From contig NC_087437.1 in NCBI RefSeq assembly GCF_036321535.1, forward strand, positions 85,500,001-85,564,000: a stretch of DNA of 64,000 nt, in the 5' to 3' direction. The stretch is from Camelus dromedarius (taxonomy: Eukaryota). Below are positions 40,766 through 54,109 of this stretch, piece after piece; position 1 is the stretch's first letter, and each line of letters opens with the position of its first letter. The notes under the pieces are model-generated. The model was not told the DNA's origin and made no database searches. It was given only the letters and a program-made list of their open reading frames with translations. The position numbers and the translations under genes were made by a program.

Positions 40766-43620
40766 CTTTAGGACAATTTATTCTTTTATATATTCTACTC
40801 TAAATTTTTGGTGAGTTAAATAACCATAATTTAGATTTATTATGTCTATCTCTTTGGGATTTCATATATTGGTTTCCAAAGCAACATTTATATGTTTAAT
40901 TATAAGAATGACCTTTTATTTATGAGTACCTCTTAATAGTGCAATTTAGTTTCTATAACAGTCTGGGGTTGTAGATAGGTGAATCATTTAGTGTATCTAC
41001 AGATTCAGTTCGGAGTATTATTCAATATAAAGGGAAGTGAGGCTATAATGTTATAGGGCTTCATAAGCATGACTTTTTAAATGAATTACTGGTAAGTGTT
41101 CACAATGTGAACTTCTACATTGAACCATGTAAATGCAAAGGAGGATACATTACCAGTTATGACTCTTTTATGCTACTAGATTTTATAAATGTAAACACAA
41201 GTGCAACCTTTTTTCCCCAAATAGGCATAAGGGTTTTTTGTTGTTGTTGTTAAAAATAATGGATGACATTTTGTTTGACCACAAACAACTCACCCCATAT
41301 TTTCCCTTTCACCTGTACCTATTTGGTTTCAATATGCATAATACATGACACAGATTGACATTTAAGCCAAGAATATATTATATATTATTTTCTCAGATCA
41401 AGCTTTAAAAGAGTAACATAGATTCTCCCTACAGAGTTAACCTGGGAGAGGTCAACACGAGATGAGTAATTTGTATCTGTGAATAAATAATTTTTGACAA
41501 AGTTAGAAAGGTTCTTTATAAATTTAGGTGAATATTGAGAAAAATGAAGTAGCCAATCTTTTTCACAACCCATTCTATTATGTCTCACTGATAAAGCAAT
41601 TATTTGTAAGTTATATGTTTCAAATCAAATTTATCTCCTCCCCTATGTCTAGATCAATGAATTTCTATATAAAATCTTTGGATGAAAAGGAAACAATGAT
41701 TAAGACTGTGTTCTCAGTTTGAGCCAAAGACCATCTAGAACAGAACTGACTGTGATGTTTATTATATATGCAAATTTCAGGGTTAGAACAATGAAATCAA
41801 AATGTAAGAATCTGGAACTCAAGTATTGGCTCAGAAATCTAGAGCAACTCTGGGTTCCATTAAGAAGAAATGTCATTTTTAAATCTATTGAAATATTCAG
41901 AGACAATTGTTTTTGGTCCTCTCTAATAAATACTGTTAGTTCACCGTGAGAAAGGTAACAAATGTCCTTAATAGACTGAGTAATTAAAGTTCTGTTAATA
42001 CATGCATGTTGTTAGATTAACTGTAATGATGCCTAAGTATAGAATTTAAATAGTATTAATGAGAAAGAATTCTGAAAATGTTAATCTGCTACATGGTTAG
42101 CATGTAAAGCATTATATAGAGTGTAATAATATTTACATTTAAAAATACTGGTTCACCTGTCCAAAGGCATATAATACTACACTGGATAATATTTCTATTA
42201 AAGTATAATTTGAAATAATATGTATAATCACCTCATTTTATCTATTAGACAAAAACCTAAATTGGGAGTCAGTGACATATAAAAAGTAACCATGGGTTTT
42301 CAATCCTTTCTATTTCTTTTCTTTGTGTTCTGAGGGAAATTAAAGTATATTTAAGACTGACTTGTTTCATGATCTTTTAATCTTGTTTGTAGGGATGGGT
42401 TTCCTGTGGCGATGGTAGCTAGACTGAGAGGCACTGTTAACTTTTAGGACCCCATTGATTTTTCCACAACCATTTTATGTGTCACTATGACTAAACCAAT
42501 ACTTTGTTTGCAAAAGGATGAATTAAGAGCCATGGCCAAATTTACAGTAAGAAAATGTTGACCTGAAAGAAAAGGCTGGTAGAATTCCTATCAATACCTA
42601 GAACAATTCCTGGATTATATTAGGAGTTCAATAAACACTACTGAATGCAAAAAATAATACAATTCGATATACAGTAAATTACAAAATCAACAAAATATTT
42701 ACATTAGATCAGATTATGAATGTAAAAACACTAAGACCTAAAATGAGTGAAGAAACAGACATTATTTACGATTACTTTCTAAACTAAATGAGTAAGCAGA
42801 TAAAAAGTATACTTGAAGTGTTTCATTCTATGCGTGACAAAGTAATATCTCAACCGAATGATTCATAGAAGGATAAAAAGATCAGCTCTTAAAAGGTCTA
42901 GTGACTTGTGGACCTGGTTTCCTCTTGGGAGGATAGCCGTATCTTCAATTGATTATCAATTTAATAGTTAATTCCAGGAGATTTCTTTCCTGGAGAAGTG
43001 GCACCATTAGCACTAGGCCTCTCAATGCTCATTCTCACTGCACCAGGAGAAGTAAAATAACTAGTTGGTAAGTTTGGAAAAAGATATGAGGGGTCATGGA
43101 ACCTCTTCCTCTGTCTTGCTAGAATAACAGGCCCCCAGGGAGGAGACTGTTTCTTCCTTCTCTTTGGGACAGGTTCTGTTCCTGGCAGTAGAGACCTACC
43201 TAAGTCTAATTCTGTCAATTCCAAGAAAGTAAATATGTTGAATTCTGTGCTATGTATTAGAAAGTATAAATTTCCATAATTCATTTCTATTTCTCTTGGG
43301 TTTTGATGTCCTGCTATTGATTAGACACAGGTTTCAAATACATCTATTCATCTCCCCCCCTGCTTTTTTTGTAAAGGTTTTAAAAGGACGTCTCAACCCG
43401 ATTAATACTCTGCTTCAACTCACTCTTCTATTATTCATTATACACTGTTTTCAAACTCTCTTTCTCCCTTCTTTTAAAATTCTTTCTCTCTCTCTCTTAT
43501 TTTTTTTTCTTTTTTTCCTAAGTTCTATTCCTAAATAGGCATTAGATAGATAAAATCCTTAAGGACCAAAATAAACAACTGATACTCCATAAACCACAGT
43601 GCCAAAGAGGTATAAGCAAG

Positions 43621-44516
43621 ATGAAGAAGCAGAAAAACCTTTCCCAATTAAAAGAACAAGAGAAATCCCCTGAAAGAAAGATCAACGAAATAGACATCGA
43701 TAGCCTACTAGATCAAGATTTCAAAAAAGGAGTGATCGAATTGCTGAAGGAATTAAAAGAGATAGTGTTTAGAGATATAAAATATGTCAAAAATGAAATT
43801 GAAGCTATAAAGAAGAGCCAAGTAGAATCGGTAAACTCATCGACAGAGATGAGGAATGATCTAATAGCTGTGCAAAGCTGACTAGATAATGCAGATGAAC
43901 GAATTAGTGATCTAGAAGACAGGGCAATAGAAAGCACCCATTCAGAAAAACTACAAGAGAAACAAATAAAAAATAATGAAAATAGCATAAGGGACCTATG
44001 GGATAATATAAAGCGTACCAATCTTCGCATAATAGGGGTCCCAGAAGGAGAAGAAAGATCAAAGGGGATTGAAAAGGTTTTTGAAGAAATCATGACTGAA
44101 AACTTCCCAAACTTAAAGAAGGAATCAGATATCCAAGTACAGGAAGCTCAGAGGGTCCCAAACAGGAAGAACTCAAATAGACCCACACCAAGACATACCA
44201 TAATCAAGATGGCCAGAGTCAAGGATAAAGAAATGATTCTAAAGGCAGCAAGAGAAAAGCAAAGAGTAAGTTACAAGGGAACCCCCATCAGGCTCTCAGC
44301 TGATTTCTCTACACAAACACTACAGGCCAGAAGGGAGTGGCAAGATATATTCAAAGCCCTGAATGGAAAAAAGATGCAGCCTAGGATCCTTTATCCAGCA
44401 AGGCTATCCTTGAGGATAGAAGGAGAAATAAAGAGTTTCACAGACAAAAAACAAAGCTGCAGGAGTTTAGCAACACTAAACCCATGCTAAAAGAAATATT
44501 GAAAGGGCTATTCTAA
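43621..44516 (+). pseudogene. L1 ORF1p (coiled coil, RRM, CTD), disrupted
   Basis: MKKQKNLSQ... ENFPNL, TPRHTIIKM, YKGTPIRLSADFS, ARREW, YPARLS; premature TGA 43879-43881 and frameshift about 44450. Confidence 0.95.
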
Positions 44517-44919
44517 ATAGAAAAGCAGCAGGATGCTACAGAAATGAGAAACACACAGCTGGAAAGGTGATAACTCATGAATTACAAATAAAGTAAACAT
44601 GAAATTATAAAAGAAGACATACAAATCACTGAGAGTGGGAGAGGGAGGCAGGGAAATATAGAATATTTTTTTCTTTCTTTTTTAAAATTTTTTAACAGTA
44701 GGATGGGTTTGAGATCATGTTACTATCAGTTTAATAAAAACAGTTCTAGTAATGGGTTGATAGATTTACAAAAAAGGGTAACCACAAGCCAAAAATTTAC
44801 AAAGGAGTCACAAAAATTAAATAAAATCCATGATAATACAAAGGAAAATTACCAAACCACAAAAGGAAGAAGAAAGGACAAAGAGGATATACCAATTCAA
44901 CTGCAAAGATAAGTTCAAA

Positions 44920-47900
44920 ATGGCAATAAACACACATCTATCATTAATTACTGTAAATGTTAATGGACTAAATGCTCCAGTCAAAAGACACAGAGTGGCA
45001 GACTGGATAATAAAGCAAGAACTTTCAATATGCTGCATACAAGAAACCCACTTTAGGGAGAAGGACACATATAGATTGAGAGTGAAAGGATGGAAAAGGA
45101 TATCCCATGCAAATGGAAAAGCCAAAACAGCAGGTGTTGCAGTACTGATTTCAGACAAAACAGACTTTAAAACAAAGGCCATAAAGAAAGATAAAGAAGG
45201 ACATTTTATAATGATTAAAGGAGTGATACAAGATGAGGATATTACACTCGTTAATATATATGCACCCAATATAGGAGCACCTAAGTACATACAAGAATTA
45301 CTAACAGAGATAAAGGGGGATATTGATGGGAATACAATCGTAGTTGGAGATTTTAACACTGCATTAACATCACTAGACAGATCTTCCAGACAGAAAATAA
45401 ACAAGGCAACAGAGAAATTAAATACTACAATAGAAAAACTAGATTTGGTGGATATTTTCAGAGCATTACACCCCCCAAAAATAGGATATACATTCTTTTC
45501 AAGTGCACATGGAACATTCTCCAGGATCGATCATGTACTTGGGCACAAAAGAAACCTCAACAATTTTAAGAAGATAGAAATTATCTCAAGCATCTTTACT
45601 GACCATAATGCCATGAAACTGGAAATCAACAACAGAGAAACAAAGGAGAAAAAAAGGAAAGCATGGAGATTAAACAATATGTTATTGAAAAAACAATGGA
45701 TCAATGAGGAAATCAAAGCTGAAATTAAAAAATACCTTGAGACAAATGATAATGAAAGCACAACCACTCAAAACCTATGGGACACAGCAAAGGCAGTGCT
45801 AAGAGGGAAGTTTATAGTGATACAGGCCTTCCTCAAAAAAGAACAATCTCAAATAAACAATTTAACCCACCACCTGAATGAATTAGAAAAAGAAGAACAA
45901 AAAGCCCCAAAAAGCAGCAGAAGGAAGGAAATAATAAAGATCAGAGAGGAATTAAATACAATAGAGATTAACAAGACCATAGAAAAAAATCAACCAAACC
46001 AAAAGCTGGTTTTTTGAAAAAGTAAATAAAATCGACAAACCTCTGGCCAAACTCACAAAGAAGAAAAAAGAGAGAGCACAAATTAGCAAAATAAGAAAGG
46101 AAAATGGAGAAATTACAACAAACAAAATAGAAATACAGAATATCATACAAGAATATTATGAAAAACTATATGGAACCAAACTGGATAACCTAGAGGAGAT
46201 GGACAAGCTTCTGGAAACATACTGTCCACCAAAACTGAATCAAGAAGAATCTGAACACTTGAACAATCCGATCACTAGAAAGGAAATAGAAATAGCAATT
46301 AAAAACCTCCCTACAAATAGAAGTCCAGGACCGGACGGCTTCACCAGGGAATTCTACCAAACATACAAAGAAGAACTCATACCAGTCCTTCTCAAACTCT
46401 TCCAGATGATTGAACAGGAGGGAATACTCCCAAACTCATTCTATGAAGCCACCATCACCCTGATACCAAAACCAGGCAAAGACGCTACAGGAAAAGGGAA
46501 TTATAGGCCAATATCACTGATGAACATAGACGCCAAAATCCTCACCAAAATTTTAGCAAATAGAATCCAACAACACATAAAAAAGATTATACATCATGAC
46601 CAAGTGGGGTTCATCCCAGGGACACCAGGCTGGTTCAACATACGCAAATCAATCAGTGTAATACATCACATCAACAAGAGAAAGGACAAAAACCACATGA
46701 TCATCTCAATCGATGCAGAAAAAGCATTTGATAAAATTCAACACCCATTTATGATAAAAACTCTCGCCAAAGTGGGTATAGAGGGAACATATCTCAACAT
46801 AATAAAAGGTATATATGACAAACCTACAGCCAGCATAGTACTCAACGGTGAAAAACTCAAAAGCTTCCCACTAAAATCTGGGACAAGACAAGGATGCCCA
46901 CTATCACCACTCCTATTCAACATAGTCCTGGAAGTCCTAGCCACAGCAGTCAGGCAAGAGAAAGAAATAAAAGGGATCCAAATTGGAAAAGAAGAGGTAA
47001 AAGTGTCATTATATGCTGATGACATGTTACTATATATAGAAAACCCTAAAAGGTCCACACAAAAGCTACTAGAGCTGATTGAAGAATTCAGCAAGGTAGC
47101 AGGTTACAAAATTAACGTTCAAAAATCAGTTGCATTTCTTTACACTAATGATAAATCAACAGAAGAAGAAAGTAAAGAAACAATCCCCTTTAAAATGGCA
47201 TCCAAAGTAATAAAATATCTGGGAATAAATCTAACCAAGGAGGTGAAAGAATTATACACAGAAAACTAGAAACCATTGATGAAGGAAATTAAAGAAGACT
47301 TTAAAAAATGGAAAGATATTCCATGCTCTTGGATTGGAAGAATCAATATTGTTAAAATGGTCACACTGTCCAAGGCAATCTACAGATTTAATGCAATCCC
47401 TATCCAATTACCCAGGACATATTTCACAGAACTAGAAAAAATCATAATAAAATTCATATGGAACCATCAAAGACCTAGAATTGCCAAAGCATTACTGAAG
47501 AGAAAGAAAGAGGCTGGAGGAATAACTCTCCCAGACTTCAGACAATACTATAGAGCTACAGTCATCAAGACAGCATGGTATTGGTACCAAAACAGACATA
47601 TAGACCAATGGAACAGAATAGAGAGCCCAGAAATGAACCCACAAACTTTTGGTCAACTCATCTTTGACAAAGGAGGCAAGAATATACATTGGAATAAAGA
47701 CAGTCTCTTCAGCAAATGGTGTTGGGAAAACTGGACAGCAGCATGTAAAACAATGAAGCTAGAACACTCCCTTACACCATATACAAAAATCAACTCAAAA
47801 TGGATTAAAGACTTAAACATAAGACAAGATACAATAAACCTCCTAGAGGAAAACATAGGCAAAACATTATCTGACATACATGTCAAAAATTTTCTCCTAG

Positions 47901-48715
47901 AAGAAATAAAAGCAAGAATAAACAAATGGGACCTAATGAAACTTACAAGCTTCTGCACAGCAAAGGAAACCAGAAATAAAACAAGAAGAAAACCTATGGA
48001 ATGGGAGAAAATTTTTGCAAGTGAAACCGACAAAGGCTTGATCTCCAGAATATATAAGCAGCTCATATGACTCAATAAGAAAAAAATTAACAGCCCAATC
48101 CAAAAATGGGCAGAAGACCTAAACAAGCAATTCTCCAAGGAAGACATACAAATGATCAAAAAGCACATGAAAGAATGCTCAATATCACTAATTATCAGAG
48201 AAATGCAAATCAAAACTACAATGAGGTATCACCTCACACCAGTCAGAATGGCCATCATTCAAAAATCCACAAATGACAAATGCTGGAGAGGCTGTGGAGA
48301 AAGGGGAACCCTCCTACACTGCTGGTGGGAATGCAGTTTGGTGCAGCCACTATGGAAAACAGTGTGGAGATTCCTCAAAAGACTAGGAATAGACTTACCA
48401 TATGACCCAGGAATCCCACTCCTGGGCTTGTGTCCAGAAGGAAATCTACTTCAGGATGACACCTGCACCCCAATGTTCATAGCAGCACTATTTACAATAG
48501 CCAAAACATGGAAACAGCCTAAATGTCCATCAACAGGTGACTGGATAAAGAAGAGGTGGTATATTTATACAATGGAATACTACTCAGCCATAAAAACCGA
48601 CAACATAATGCCATTTGCAGCAACATGGATGCTCCTGGAGAATGTCATTCTAAGTGAAGTAAGCCAGAAAGAGAAAGAAAAATACCATATGAGATCGCTC
48701 ATATGTGGAATCTAA
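44920..48715 (+). pseudogene. L1 ORF2p (APE endonuclease, reverse transcriptase, Cys-rich domain), disrupted
   Basis: NVNGLN, QETH, GDFN, TDHN (EN); PGPDGF, QGCPLSP, YADD, YLGI (RT); CWRGC-x7-HCWWEC; +1 A at 45983-45989, TAG 47267-47269, TGA 48068-48070. Confidence 0.97.
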
Positions 48716-49064
48716 AAAACAAAAACAAAAACAAACAAACAAACAAAAACAAAGCGTAAATAAAGGACAGAAATAGACTCACAGAGAATATAGACTTGTG
48801 GTTACCAGGGGGGTGGAGGGTGGGAAGGGATAGACTGGGATTTCAAAATTGTAGAATAGACTACACTGTATAGCACAGGGAAATATACACAAAATGTTAT
48901 GATAACTCACAGAGAAAAAAATGTGACAATGAGTGTGTATATGTCCATGAATAACTGAAAAATTGTGCTGAACACTGGAATTTGACACAACATTGTAAAA
49001 TGATTATAAATCAATAAAAAACGTTAAAAAAAAAACAAAAACAAAACAAAAGAAAAAAAAACCT

Positions 49065-49745
49065 AGTTTGTTAGGAATTTGTATAATAAGTAAATGTGAA
49101 AATTTTTATACTCTATATTTGCATCTATCTGATTATATACTTTTTCTTTATTAAATATGAATCTTATAAGTACATTTATTGGTTAATGTTAAACCAATTT
49201 CACTTTTCTATGATAAAACCATTAATTATTTCTTGACATGCTGATGTACTGAATTAACACGCACATTGTTTGTAATCTTTACATCCACGTCCATTGGAAT
49301 AACAAGTTGCGGTTTTGCTTTCCGTGCTCTTCTGAGTCAATGCTATTCAAATTTTATTGGCTCAACAAATAGGATGGAAAGTGTACCTTCTTTTGGCATT
49401 CTCCAAAAAAGCGTGTGATGAGTTGAATTTTTTTCTTAAATATTTGATAAGATTTATACTGAACATTGATTACTTCCTGTGGAAAAAAATAATTAGATTA
49501 ATTATGATTTGATGTTTCTGGCCTTCTCCTTATATCATTTTTAGAAAGTTATATATTTTCATATTCACACATGTCGTAATTATTTTACAATTTTTGGCAA
49601 AAATGTGTTCATATTACTCTTTCATTAACTTTGGTATCTACCTAATCAGAGAATCCTTTTTCCCATTATAGGTAATTTGCATCAATACTTATATTTACTG
49701 ATCAGTTTTGTCATGTTTCTCAATTTGATTCATTCTTTTGAAATG
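49065..49745 (-). mobile_element. Very old antisense L1M ORF2 relic
   Basis: T-rich degenerate motifs 'aatgttaaaccaatttcac', 'tttacatccacgtccattggaataac', 'ttggctcaacaaataggatggaaagtgtaccttc'. Confidence 0.55.
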
Positions 49746-52744
49746 AAAACTGTAAAATTTCAGTTGATACTAATATAACTGCATCTTTTGGGTAACTAAT
49801 ATTTTACAGAGCCAGTTAGCCTTACTAAACTTTACCAAAGCATGATGATATAATATATGGTAAAATTTGTAGACAAAATTGCTATTACCTTAGCATAAAT
49901 ATGTGAAAACAGTTGTTTATTTGATATTGTACATTTTGCTATATTTTTCAATTTTCTGTTAATATAAATGTTATTATTATTTAAACAAAAATAGTAAGAC
50001 TAAACAGTGCCAGTTAGGATAAACTAAACAAATAATAAGTGTGAGAAGAATATAAAAATACTTTATAATATTTCTGTCCTCTAATAGAGAAATTTATTTA
50101 ATTTCTTCTTTAAACTATCAAATATTAAATTTTATAGCCCTTAAGGTACATAAATGTAAAATTTTTAAAAAGAGAATGTAAATACAATAGAAATAATCAA
50201 ACAGCAAATGACTGTTTTTAATTAAAAAAAAAAAAGTTTTTGTCCCATAATACAGTAAAATATTTTTACTTTTCATTTTCTTTTCCAAAAACACCTCTCT
50301 GAGCTGCCTGTAGCCTTTAGAACCACCTCTTTCTCCCACTTGTCCTCCTTCTTTTTTTCCTTCTTCTTGTCCTTCTCCTTCTATTTTGGATGGATTGGTA
50401 AAACTGAATAAAGTCAAAGACAAAATTATGCCCAACTGTAGCTCTTTTAAAAAAATCCACATTACATTGATTCCTAATGTCACTGTAATATGATGACATT
50501 AGCAACAGTGCCTCTGGATGGAAGCATCTGAACATGGCATACCTAGGGTTTTTATTTACCAGCAACTGTAGGTTTAGATCCAGCAGGAATTAGTTTCCAG
50601 ATCTCCAAAAATGCCAGCCACTTATATCTACAGACTTGTTTTGCAGACCAGCTGTTTGTCACTTAGGTATTTTGCATCTTAAATTCATCAAATGGACTGT
50701 GTCTAAAATGTTCATCATTTTAAACACTCAGCGACATACTGGATGTCATGTTAGGTTATACATCTCTTTTCAGAGAAATGGTTTTTAAACATAGGGATAA
50801 TGTGACCTTGTGAAGTCAAAGTTGGATTCCAAATAAGTAATAGTTTTAATTTGAAAAGTGAGAAAGTCCTTTCAGTTTGTTGTTGATTTTTTTTTAAACT
50901 GAAGCAGACATATTTACAGAAATTAGTTGTTTTATTCACTGTATGAGATTTTTGCCAAAACATACTCATAACATAGAACAACTCAGGTACAGTCAGTTTA
51001 ACATTTTCTAGGCTCCCTGTGGTATTTTCACACATCATTAAACTATTCTTAGATCACAAGCCTTAGGAAAACAGGCAGTGGATTGTATTTGGCCCACCCC
51101 TTGTTCTAGATGGTACATGTAAATAGGGAGAAAATGCTATCAAAAAGCTCAGTCCAGTGGAACTGAAAGAATGAGAGGTTCTGAATAACAGAAGGATACA
51201 TTGTAGGAGACTGAGAAGTGTTATGAAAGGTGGAAAAATATTGGAAACAAGATTACCTCTAACTTGTGCAGAAACTGGGACAAAAATACAAATGTGGCCA
51301 CATAACATACTTCTAAACACTAAAAAAAAAAAAAAAAAGTAACAGTTAAATAAAATGTGACATATCTACCTACTTTGAAAACATGCATCCACATTGACAA
51401 AAAAAGAAAATATGATTTTTCTATAAGTAAGCAAAAAATAAAGAGAGAATTTAATTATTATAATATGGGTAGTATGTTCTCATAGTTTGGTAATGTTATT
51501 GAATAAATAATAAATAAACACACACATTTAAGGTATTACAGATTACATAAAATGTATTTCTTATTTTTATTTTAACAATAATTATGTAGTTATACTTTTT
51601 CATATTTGGATTCATTTAGTAATAAAATAAAGATTTTAAAATAAAATGCATTTGTATTTGAATCTTCAAATTTATAATCAATTAAAAATATCATCTGACT
51701 GTATCAACTCAAAAATCACTCTTATGTATATATTCTAATAATAATTTTCTTGTTTAAATATTTGAAATTATAAATATTTAAAGAAAACAATTTAGTTGAT
51801 ATATATCACAATCTTTAACTAAAAATTAAGTAAATAAAACTGACACTTTAAGTTTTTGAAAATTTAATTATAATTTTTTAAATGATTTTATTCAAGTAAA
51901 ACTTTAATTGTTTTACCATTCATAGTCCATTTGGTTGTCAGCATAAAAAATTATATTTCAATTAAGTAACCCTCAACCTATATATGGACAAATTCTATAT
52001 ATGGACAAATTTACAAGTAATGAAGTAATATTGCAATATGTTCTGCAGATGTGAAGTGCAATTTTGATGTATTACATTAATGCATATTACTTCCAGAATC
52101 ACATATATATGCATATTATAATGCATATTATACTAACATATATAGCACATTATATTACTGCATTTTATAATGCGTATTACTTGCAGAATCACATGAAGCA
52201 AGAAAATGGACACCTTACCGAACTTAAAAATAATTCTGGGTTATTTAGGGCTTTCAGCTATCTGAGAGAAAAAAGTGACAAATAAATAAATTTGTAATTC
52301 TCTAACTTAAGATTCTGCTAAATAAATACAATTTTTGTTTGTTAATTATACGTCAGTGAAGCTGGAAAATAATGAAATGTAACAACTCAAACATATTTTA
52401 GAAAAAACAAATTAAAAGGCTCTGCTTCCCTAATTCTTCTTTGTAACCTGAAGTTTTCTCTGTCTCTAATATCACTGTCAACACCACTGACAGTATTTCA
52501 GGACTTTCAGACGCAATCAACTTCCCTTTCAAAGATATATGCCAAGTAATGTAGAGATTTTTCCTGGGTCCTAAGTGATGTTAGTCACCATGAAACAGAT
52601 TAAGATTGAGGTGATAATTAGGTTTATCATTACTAATATGCTCAAATAGAAATTCACATATTAATATATATGTTAGCCAATTTCCCATGAAATTTTGCTT
52701 ATTATTAATATTTTCTCTTTGGTTTTGGTAAAAAGGAGAATCTG

Positions 52745-53108
52745 ATAAAATTTAGAGTTGTTCGGGAATAATATTCCTTCCTTTGACTTAAGTAAGAAGA
52801 TTGCTTTTCCACACTCTTGAATTAGAAAAAACCATGTGATTTGCTATGGTCAATGAAATAAGAGCAAAATTCACATGTAACATTCAAGCATAAATATTTA
52901 AGACTGAGTGTATAATCCATCCAGTCCCTTTTTATTACCACAGTGACTGGTTTTCTAGGTAGCAGAAGCTACATCTCCTGCATTATTGATTGAAATGGAA
53001 TTGGATCAGAGGCCCCAGCTAATTCACAATGGACATGCAATGTAAAGATAAATAGATCTTGTTGTTTTTAGCCACTTCAGCATAATCTAGTGTGCTGTGT
53101 TTGATACA
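52745..53108 (+). mobile_element. Old MaLR LTR (MLT1I/J-like)
   Basis: 'ccatgtgatttgctatggtcaatgaaat', 'ggacatgcaatgtaaagataaatagatcttgttgtttttagccact', ends 'tgataca'. Confidence 0.7.
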
Positions 53109-53277
53109 GAGGAATTTTTTAATAGTCTTATCATTTGAATTTTCTTCAATGAAAAATTGATATGAATACATGAAATGTGACCATATACTCACTATCATTA
53201 CTGATTGATGATCCTGTTAAATAAAACTAAGAGGATTAAAATTATGTCATATTTGTAAATACACATATCAATTTTTT

Positions 53278-53558
53278 TAAGTATTTAGTCTATTGACATT
53301 TAAAGTAATTATTGATAGGTATGTATTGATTGCCATTTTAAACCTTGTTTTCCAGTTATTTTGTATTTCTTCTTTTTTCTTTTTCTTTTTGTTTTTCCTT
53401 TTTCAGTTTGATGGTTTTCTTTTGTACTATGCTTGACTTCTTTTCTTTTTGGTTTTTGTGAATCTATTTTAAGTTTTTGATTTGTGGTTAGCTGATTTTC
53501 AACTATGTTAACCTATCACTATATCGACTTTAGACTGGTAGTCATGTAAGCTCAAATA
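53278..53558 (-). mobile_element. Inverted 5' segment of L1 (inter-ORF spacer and start of ORF2)
   Basis: Reverse complement reads 'aaaatggcaatcaatacatacctatcaataattactttaaatgtcaatagactaaat' (MAINTYLSIITLNVNRLN), cf. 44917-44973. Confidence 0.9.
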
Positions 53559-53564
53559 TATATA

Positions 53565-54046
53565 AGCTGTTTTTTTTAAAGGATAAACAAAATTGACAAC
53601 CCTCTGCCAGGCTCACCAAGAAGAAAAGAGAGAGAATTCAAACAAAATAAGAAACGAAGGAGGAGAAATAACAACAGATAACAATAGAAATTTAAGAACT
53701 CATGAGAATACTATGAACAATTATATGACAACAAATTGGACAACATAGAAGAAATGGACAAGTTTCTAGAAACATATAGTCCACCAAAACTGAATCAAAA
53801 AGAAGTAGATAATTTGAACACCAAAAGTGAAATAGAATCTCTAATAAAAAAATAAATAAAAAACTCCCCACAATCAAAAGTCTAGGACTGAATGGCTTCA
53901 CTAGGGAACTCTACCAAACATACAAGAATTATACTGATGCTTTTCAAACTCTTTTATAAGATTGAAGAGAAGGGAACCCTCCCAAAGTCATTCTATGAAG
54001 CTCTCATCACCCTGATACCAAAACTAGATAAAGACACTACAAAAAA

Positions 54047-54109
<63 letters not shown>

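Larger units (their letters stand above)
43283..49060 (+). mobile_element. Young lineage-specific LINE-1, truncated within the 5' UTR
   Basis: Near-intact ORF1 and ORF2, about 400-nt spacer, 3' UTR with G-rich tract (48808-48839), AATAAA about 49013 and A-rich tail; 5' boundary approximate. Confidence 0.98.

Noticed and set aside
42978..43066. Plus-strand exon, or 5' TSD of the young L1 (aaaataactagttggtaag)
   Set aside because: The longest frame stops before the donor, and similarity to the 3' flank has too many mismatches for so young an element
43713..48213. Long antisense ORFs (126, 195, 118, 186 aa) resembling membrane proteins
   Set aside because: Shadow frames of A-rich L1 ORF1/ORF2; hydrophobicity comes from T-richness
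50317..50565. Protamine-like Arg-rich 82 aa ORF
   Set aside because: Non-ATG start; Arg run explained by a low-complexity purine tract; lacks protamine Cys/ARYR features
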